In this document: positions 57,904 to 64,000 of the stretch, piece after piece
Numbering within the stretch: the stretch's first letter is position 1
How the letters are laid out: every line of letters begins with the position of its first letter
Assembly (NCBI GenBank): GCA_963846575.1
Contig: CAWJWJ010000001.1
Location: forward strand, 64,001-128,000
From: an uncultured Nitrospiraceae bacterium
GTDB taxonomy: Bacteria > Nitrospirota > Nitrospiria > Nitrospirales > Nitrospiraceae
Reading direction: 5' to 3'
Length of the DNA stretch: 64,000 nucleotides
Program-made: the position numbers and the translations under genes
The notes under the pieces: generated by a model
Told to the model about the DNA's origin: nothing
The model's input: the letters and a program-made list of their open reading frames with translations, nothing else
The model's database searches: none

Positions 57904-58818
57904 ATGCCGGCCGGCCTGTATCTTTTCATCGGCGTCTTCGTCATCGGCGCAATCTGTCGTGCCAGCGGATGGCTCGGAAAACTCCACGCCGAGCGTCTCG
58001 CTGCTGTCGTATTCTCAGTCAGTCTTCCCGCGACCATCCTTGTCTCACTGGACGGCATCGTCTTCTCGACCACCGCCTGGAAGATGCCACTGGCTGCCTG
58101 CGCCGTGACCAGCACGATGTTGCTCTGTTCCTGGGGGCTCGCCCGCCTGCTCCGGTTGCCCCGAGCGACGCGGGGCGGATTCCTGATCGCCACCGGCTGC
58201 ATCAACTCGGTGTACTTTGCTTATCCCGTCGTCCTGGCCATGCTTGGCGACGAGGGCCTGGCTCAGGCCATTCTTTTCGATCTCGGGCAAACCACCCTGA
58301 CCCTGACGCTGCTCTACGGCCTGGCGCTCTGGTATGGAGCAAGGGCCGCGACCCCTCGGTCGATCAGCATGCGGTTCCTGTCGTCTCCTCCGGTCTGGGC
58401 TCTGGGCATCAGCCTCGCGCTGACCGGCGCCGGCCTCCATCTTCCCGCATGGCTGCGCGAAGGACTCATCCCCATCCATCTCACCACCACCCCTCTGGCG
58501 AGTCTCGTCCTGGGTCTATCGATCAGTTTCTCGGTCCTGCGCCGCACGCTGACGCTCTCCCTCATGGGCGTGGGACTACGTATGGGAGGCGGGCTGCTTC
58601 TCGGCTGTGCGGTGGCCTGGCTGTTGAATCTCGGTGGAATGGAGCGGGCGATCGTGATTCTAGTCGCTGCCATGCCATCGGCCGTCACTGCCCTGATTTT
58701 CGCCTCGGAAACCGGACTCGACGAAGACCTCGTGACGTCGATCGTCGCGTTGTCCATTTGTCTTGGCGTGGCCCTGCTTCCCTGGCTTCCCAGGCTGACC
58801 CTGCTCCTTCTTGAATGA
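57904..58818 (+). CDS. AEC (auxin efflux carrier) family transporter
   Basis: VSLPA, NSVYFAYP, PLASLVLG, AMPSA. Confidence 0.85.
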   Translation: MPAGLYLFIGVFVIGAICRASGWLGKLHAERLAAVVFSVSLPATILVSLDGIVFSTTAWKMPLAACAVTSTMLLCSWGLARLLRLPRATRGGFLIATGCINSVYFAYPVVLAMLGDEGLAQAILFDLGQTTLTLTLLYGLALWYGARAATPRSISMRFLSSPPVWALGISLALTGAGLHLPAWLREGLIPIHLTTTPLASLVLGLSISFSVLRRTLTLSLMGVGLRMGGGLLLGCAVAWLLNLGGMERAIVILVAAMPSAVTALIFASETGLDEDLVTSIVALSICLGVALLPWLPRLTLLLLE

Positions 58819-58951
58819 CCGTCCCACGACGCGGCTCCACCCGCAGCCGGTTCGCACAACAGAGAGGCGAATCCGTTATAGTAGGACTGGCTGAGCGTGA
58901 CTGTTTCTGGGCATCAACCAATCCGAGCGCCACTTTCGTCAGGAGGGACGC

Positions 58952-59320
58952 ATGTCAGACCCGCGCATCTTCTTCGCCGCCGAACGCACCTTACTCGCTT
59001 GGGTCCGGTCCGGCCTCACGGTCATGGCCCTCGGGTTCGTGGTGGCCAGGTCCGGATTGATCCTGACCCTGCTGTCCCGTTCCGGCTCCCCCTCCACCGG
59101 CCCCTCAAATACGGACCGATGGGCCGACGCATTGGGCATCGCACTCATGGTCATCGGCGCAATCGCCGTGCTGGGTGCATGGCACAATCATCAGCGATTC
59201 GTCCTATCCCTTTCCCCGGCGGACCGTCCCGATCTGGGGCTTGCCTGGCTGACCTCATTCCTGGCGCTATCAGTGGGACTCGCGGGAATACTCCTGGCTG
59301 TCTTTCTTGCCCTCGGATAA
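58952..59320 (+). CDS. DUF202/YidH family membrane protein
   Basis: DPRIFFAAERTLLAWVRSGL; 3 TM segments. Confidence 0.9.
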   Translation: MSDPRIFFAAERTLLAWVRSGLTVMALGFVVARSGLILTLLSRSGSPSTGPSNTDRWADALGIALMVIGAIAVLGAWHNHQRFVLSLSPADRPDLGLAWLTSFLALSVGLAGILLAVFLALG

Positions 59321-59407
59321 CTGGATCTTCACTGGAGATCCGCCCTCCGCCCACAAGTGTGGGACCTGCATCACGCCCTGTGAGTTTTTTGCGACGGGGC
59401 GAATTTG

Positions 59408-59436
59408 CCTAGTGGGTTCTCCTAGTGGGTTCTCCT
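59408..59436. repeat. 13-bp tandem repeat (about 2.2 copies)
   Basis: CCTAGTGGGTTCT CCTAGTGGGTTCT CCT. Confidence 0.85.
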
Positions 59437-59580
59437 GATCAGGAATGAGTAATTCGCTCTCCATCACCCGCCCGGAGCGCCATCTTTCGAGCAACCGCTC
59501 CCTTTCGTCGATGAGGTGAGGTTTGGTATGACGCTTGCTTCTTATCGCCACGGAGCAGCGTACAGAAAGGAGACCTTGCC

Positions 59581-59715
59581 ATGCACGATCCCACACTCTG
59601 GGCGATCTGGTACCTCTGGTTATTAATACCCCCGGCACTGATTGTCGGTACCCTCATTCATGAGCGCCTTCAACGGCGCCGACCGGCACGCTCGCGACGC
59701 GAGCGGAGACCATGA
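59581..59715 (+). CDS. Small single-TM peptide with an Arg-rich tail, 44 aa (not in the ORF track)
   Basis: SD AAGGAG; MHDPTLWAIWYLWLLIPPALIVGTLIHERLQRRRPARSRRERRP*. Confidence 0.6.
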   Translation: MHDPTLWAIWYLWLLIPPALIVGTLIHERLQRRRPARSRRERRP

Positions 59716-60192
59716 GTCGGACAGCTGTCGTAAGCCAACGGAGCAATAAGAGCATTCCGTCCTGAAAGCGAAACAGACCCCAGCCACTGACCTGATGACA
59801 CCCTCTCCCCCTCGTACACATTTCCATCTATCCCACCCACTCTGACAACAGACTGAAGACTCTCTCCGGGCGTCGGGATTTTAGCCACCGCACTAAAGCC
59901 ATGGGCTTCTTCAATTGCGCCTACGACCCGAAGCTCCAGCTATCGGATCACGCCTGATCCGTCGCCTATCACATACCCTTCCGCCCGGGCAGAACCCCGG
60001 CCCCGGCCATAACCTGTTTTACATCCATCTCACCCAAGGCCCGCCTGAGTCGGTTCGTGGACGAGTCCAGCGAACAGTCCGTCGCCCCAAAGAACCGGGA
60101 AGACGGCAGAGGGTGTCTCCCTTAACACAACATGACGACCAGTTGTCCGGCTGGAGGATTGTTGCCACCACCTCTCTCCTGCATGACAAGAT

Positions 60193-61593
60193 TTGGATCC
60201 TGGATATACTTGTCCAATGGATGTGGGAATCTCGAAGTCAGCCGGCTCGGGTTGTGACATTGATGCAGGCCGGACCGGAATCAGCACACACCGGAAGCAC
60301 CTTTTTGCGTACCCTCGGCTGCGCCTTCTACAGGCGCTGTCCAAGTTAATGGTAGCCACAGGGATACTGCTGTATATCACTGCCTGCGCCCGCCCGCCGC
60401 TCATTGAAAATGCCGCACTCAATCAGGAACGCATCTACGAGGTAATCGAAAGAGCCAGTGCCGCCTCGAGGATGCAGGTCATTCATCCGTTGTCAGTCAA
60501 ACTCATCAGTCGAACCGAAATCAGAAAGCTCCTTCACGAGGCAGAAACCAGCGAGGCCCGGTCCGACACCTGGGCCGCAAGCGCGGCCGGGCAGACCGCC
60601 ATGGGGTTGGCCCCCGAATCCAATCCGGTTCTCGACGCACATATCGCGCTCCTCTCAAGGGCGGCCGAGGGGTTCTACGTTCCTGAGAGTAAAACCCTCT
60701 TCATGGTGGGTGAGCGAGCAAGGTCAGCCTCGGGCGGTATCTATCTCAACTCGCTTGGCAACCTCGGGAGGGAAGTCACGTTGGCGCACGAGGTCATCCA
60801 TGCGCTGCAACATCAGCACTATCCAGCCCTTTTCGAACGCGATGAAACCCAGTGGGCGAAGCAGACCGATGCCGCGCTGGCCCTGCAAGCAGCGAAAGAG
60901 GGAGATGCGACGCTCTGGGCCGCCCAATCGGCCGGGTTGCTGGGAACAGCCAAGGATCCGGAGGATGTCATCGAAGAATCGCGTGATGCGGTCGGTCCCC
61001 TCGCCGATACATCGGCTCTGGTTCGAGAATTACTGCTCTTTCCCTATACCTATGGATACCGGTTTGCCCACCACGAAGGGGCAGCCGGGTTACAGTCGCC
61101 GCCTGCATCGACCGAACAAATCATCCACGCGGAAAGCCGCAGGCGAGACTTTCAGGCCATCGATGTTGCTGCGTTTACGCGATCTGTCGAAACGGAAGGA
61201 TGCCGCCCGCTCTATCAGGATACGATGGGAGAACTGACTCTCTCGTGGTGGCTTCGCAATCTCGACTCGACTGTGACACAAGAGGTGTGGGACGGATGGG
61301 ATGGCGATCGATGGATGGCCATGCAATGCGGGACTGGACGTGAGATCGCCTGGCTCACGAGTTGGGACAAGGAAAAGGATGCGGTAGAATTCGAGCAAGC
61401 GATTTCTGCCATGACGGGCATTCTTCAGACCCGCGCCCATCTGCAATCTCTGGTGGTCAATCGCCGAGGGCGGGAGGTCGTCCTCGCCAGCGGCGCATTG
61501 GGATCCAAGGTCGAGGACCTGAGACGTCTTGCGTCACGAGCACGCGTCACGACCCGCGGCGAACTCGCGGCGCATTTTGCGAGCCGTAAGTAA
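60193..61593 (+). CDS. Putative zinc-metallopeptidase lipoprotein
   Basis: Lipobox-like YITAC; AHEVIHALQ (HEXXH) plus downstream EGDA; FPY..G; PASTEQ. The true start is probably downstream of 60193. Confidence 0.7.
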   Translation: MDPGYTCPMDVGISKSAGSGCDIDAGRTGISTHRKHLFAYPRLRLLQALSKLMVATGILLYITACARPPLIENAALNQERIYEVIERASAASRMQVIHPLSVKLISRTEIRKLLHEAETSEARSDTWAASAAGQTAMGLAPESNPVLDAHIALLSRAAEGFYVPESKTLFMVGERARSASGGIYLNSLGNLGREVTLAHEVIHALQHQHYPALFERDETQWAKQTDAALALQAAKEGDATLWAAQSAGLLGTAKDPEDVIEESRDAVGPLADTSALVRELLLFPYTYGYRFAHHEGAAGLQSPPASTEQIIHAESRRRDFQAIDVAAFTRSVETEGCRPLYQDTMGELTLSWWLRNLDSTVTQEVWDGWDGDRWMAMQCGTGREIAWLTSWDKEKDAVEFEQAISAMTGILQTRAHLQSLVVNRRGREVVLASGALGSKVEDLRRLASRARVTTRGELAAHFASRK

Positions 61594-61944
61594 AACCTAC
61601 TGTGGGCAGTGACATGCAGAACCGCTTGCGGATCGCCTCCCTTCGTGAAGCTGTTTCAGGTGACGGCTCGAACCTCTGCCTCACCAGCTAACCCCATTAT
61701 CCGTACTTGCCTACCGTTCCCCCCCCCGTTCTATCGCTCCCTTAGCCCCTGATCTGATGAAAATACCGACTCTTCCTAATCGCTAACACATTGAACTACT
61801 GGCACTTCCCACCACACTCGTAATCTTCCAGTCGAGAACTTCAGCCTTTACGAGTACCGAAGGACCCGTCTGAAGCTTAAGAAGTAGGCAGATGCTGCGA
61901 CCTCCGCAGGGGGAGAGGCCGACAGCCGTCATCTGAGCAGGAAG

Positions 61945-63210
61945 GTGGGATCATCCGTGATGATGCCCGGAAGGTCTGTCGTCGAGGTCTCCGCTCCGGC
62001 GCTTCTCGAGTCCGTGCCGGCCCGTCGAGCTGAGCGGGCTGTCAGGCAATTTCGATCGGCTTTGCACAAGGTGATTCCGGTTCCTGCCCCATCCTGCTGC
62101 TCACTTCTCATCGAAGACATTGCGCAGGCGGCCACAACGAGGCCTGCCGGATCAGACCTCTGGGCGGCAGTCGGCGAGGATAGGCTTTGCGACCATGCCG
62201 GACTGCCGGTGCTGAAAGGGACCTTAGCCCAAGCCATCGAGTGGGAAACACTCAAGCTGCAATCACGGCTTGGCGAGAGCACCAGTCCACCGGCTTCCCG
62301 TCCGGTCCCGCTGTTTCGTGATCGTCACGTGCATATCGGTACCCTCATCCGGCTCTGGCGTCGTCTGGCACTGGACACAGAGGAGTCGCTGGCAGGACAG
62401 GGGTGCGACACGCTTCTCGACGTCGGTCCCTGGGGGGGATTCAACTTCGTTCTGGATGCGGACGGCTACACCCGCATGCCCTTTGCACGCCTCACTCTGG
62501 CCATAGCCGGCCTTCCCGTCACACCGATACAGGAACAGGGGGGACCGATCTTCGAACACCTGCTGCCGCGCTACCATGCTGCGCTGGAGGCTGCCGGGGT
62601 GACATTTCCGGATGTCTGGCACTATCAATTCCCCAAACAGGATCCGACGGGTCGATTGGCGGAAATATCCGGCACACATTACCTGCCCGACCATACGTAC
62701 GAGCGGCGCACCTTTATCAAGGTGAGGGTGTCCCGTGCCTATGACACGGTAGAAGAAATGACCTTGCAGGACTTTCTGATACTGCTCGAACGGCTTCAGT
62801 TCACCACCGATTGGGACCTCTATCGGGAACAAACCAAGGATGTCGACGCCCGTTTCGATTTGCAGGATTTCATTTCCCTCAACCATCTGGTCGAAGGGGT
62901 GTACCAGCGCTCGGCATCCGAGGAGCGGCTCTTAAACGAGATCAAGGATGCGTTCCGGGGGGCAATCAGAACGCCGAATGTCTTATATGATTTTCTGGGG
63001 CGAGTGATCCGGTCACGATGGGTCGAAAACCTCTACTGGGCAATGACCGAAGCCGCACTCGGCGTGAAACGATACCAGCGATTGGTTTCGTTTGATCGTG
63101 AGGTCTGCCCGCAGATCCCGCCGCGGCTGCTAATCCCTGTGCGACGACACATGCAGCGTTATCATCGCCAACTCGGCGCCTTCTCCGATTCTTCGAGCCT
63201 GTCGGCTTGA
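61945..63210 (+). CDS. Hypothetical protein, about 415 aa
   Basis: Long ORF with natural composition; start probably 61957-61963; no recognised motif. Confidence 0.8.
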   Translation: MGSSVMMPGRSVVEVSAPALLESVPARRAERAVRQFRSALHKVIPVPAPSCCSLLIEDIAQAATTRPAGSDLWAAVGEDRLCDHAGLPVLKGTLAQAIEWETLKLQSRLGESTSPPASRPVPLFRDRHVHIGTLIRLWRRLALDTEESLAGQGCDTLLDVGPWGGFNFVLDADGYTRMPFARLTLAIAGLPVTPIQEQGGPIFEHLLPRYHAALEAAGVTFPDVWHYQFPKQDPTGRLAEISGTHYLPDHTYERRTFIKVRVSRAYDTVEEMTLQDFLILLERLQFTTDWDLYREQTKDVDARFDLQDFISLNHLVEGVYQRSASEERLLNEIKDAFRGAIRTPNVLYDFLGRVIRSRWVENLYWAMTEAALGVKRYQRLVSFDREVCPQIPPRLLIPVRRHMQRYHRQLGAFSDSSSLSA

Positions 63211-64000
63211 TCAGAGCTTCGCGGCTTCCAACGTCCCGATACTGCCGGTGATCGGATGCCTGCGGAACCGGCCAAATCCAGCAGTAGCCAGCCACGCCTC
63301 GACCTCCGCCCAAGCATAACTGCGTCCCGTGCCGGTGAACGCATACATGAGCAGCGAAAAGACCGCCGCATCGGCCGGGAGCGTCCTCGCGGCATTGAGA
63401 AAGAACTCCACCACAAACATCTTTCCGCCCGGACGCAGGGCCCTGTGCAGCCGCCGCAACAGGCGCAGATTTTCCCTCTCGTCAAAGTCATGCAGCAGGT
63501 TGGAGAGCAACACAATATCGAGATCTGGATCCAGTGGCGCGGAAAACACATTCCCCTGACGGACAGCGATGCGATCCGCCAACCCCTCGGCCCTGATCAA
63601 TCGCCTGGCCACGGCCACCGACTGATCGACGACGACACCGTGCAGCTGTGGATAGCGTCGAGCCAGCGCGATCGAATAGGAACCTGACCCGCCGCCGAGG
63701 TCGAGAAATCGCGTGGCATGGCGCGGCAGGCGGAAAGAATCGATGGTGGGCGGCGCCAGGACATGGCTGCGTTCGTGCATCGCCAACGCAAATCTTCGCC
63801 TGAACCCGGCTGTTTTCGTAAGCGGCGCCCAGCCGCGACGGCCGCGACGGAGCGACCCGGTCATCCCGGTCCAGTCCGACCAATGGTGGTTCAAGAGCCA
63901 CAGGAGATTCGTCACCGCCAGAGGGCTGCGGCTATCGAGGTATGTCAGCCCCAACCTGGTATTCGAGTAGCGGCCATCCTTGAACCGAAGGAGCCCGAGT
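63211..64000 (-). CDS. O-methyltransferase family 2, 3' part only (start lies beyond the window)
   Basis: LDLGGGSG, GNVF, LSNLLHD, LRPGG; the frame stays open to the window edge (LGLLRFKDGRYSN). Confidence 0.9.
   Translation of the reverse strand, partial: LGLLRFKDGRYSNTRLGLTYLDSRSPLAVTNLLWLLNHHWSDWTGMTGSLRRGRRGWAPLTKTAGFRRRFALAMHERSHVLAPPTIDSFRLPRHATRFLDLGGGSGSYSIALARRYPQLHGVVVDQSVAVARRLIRAEGLADRIAVRQGNVFSAPLDPDLDIVLLSNLLHDFDERENLRLLRRLHRALRPGGKMFVVEFFLNAARTLPADAAVFSLLMYAFTGTGRSYAWAEVEAWLATAGFGRFRRHPITGSIGTLEAAKL

Noticed and set aside
61718..61727. Poly-C run as a phase-variation switch
   Set aside because: Intergenic and not demonstrably within a promoter spacer; variability cannot be seen from a single sequence
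1..64000. CRISPR array, rRNA, tRNA, transposase, integrase, reverse transcriptase or prophage
   Set aside because: Manual reading found no regularly spaced repeats, cloverleaf or rRNA signatures, or matching protein motifs

Overview
GC-rich bacterial chromosomal segment, most likely from a Nitrospira-like genome (inferred from the style of the lineage-type hypothetical proteins; not verified by search). It holds about 60 CDSs and no rRNA, tRNA, CRISPR array, integrase or transposase that I could recognise. Housekeeping genes (prfC, ppa, DeaD-type helicase, SUI1/YciH, YaeQ) are mixed with envelope and lipid genes, redox and stress modules, transporters and a 1875-aa dual-kinase sensor. The most interesting signals are: (1) two paralogous AAA-like proteins carrying the same non-canonical replacement of the P-loop plus basic tails; (2) a leaderless RPP-motif uORF in front of an Omp85-family gene whose Shine-Dalgarno can be sequestered; (3) a DUF2024 / Cys-tailed MarR / lipoprotein truncated-haemoglobin operon behind a perfect palindromic operator; (4) a split-barrel-GAF-winged-helix regulator pair divergent from a tandem blue-copper protein, with 11-bp-phased repeats between them; (5) an unnamed domain present both alone and fused to CBS; (6) an ArsI/CadI-SigZ pair; (7) three small ORFs and two pseudogenes missed by the ORF track. 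All family assignments come from motif recognition by eye.
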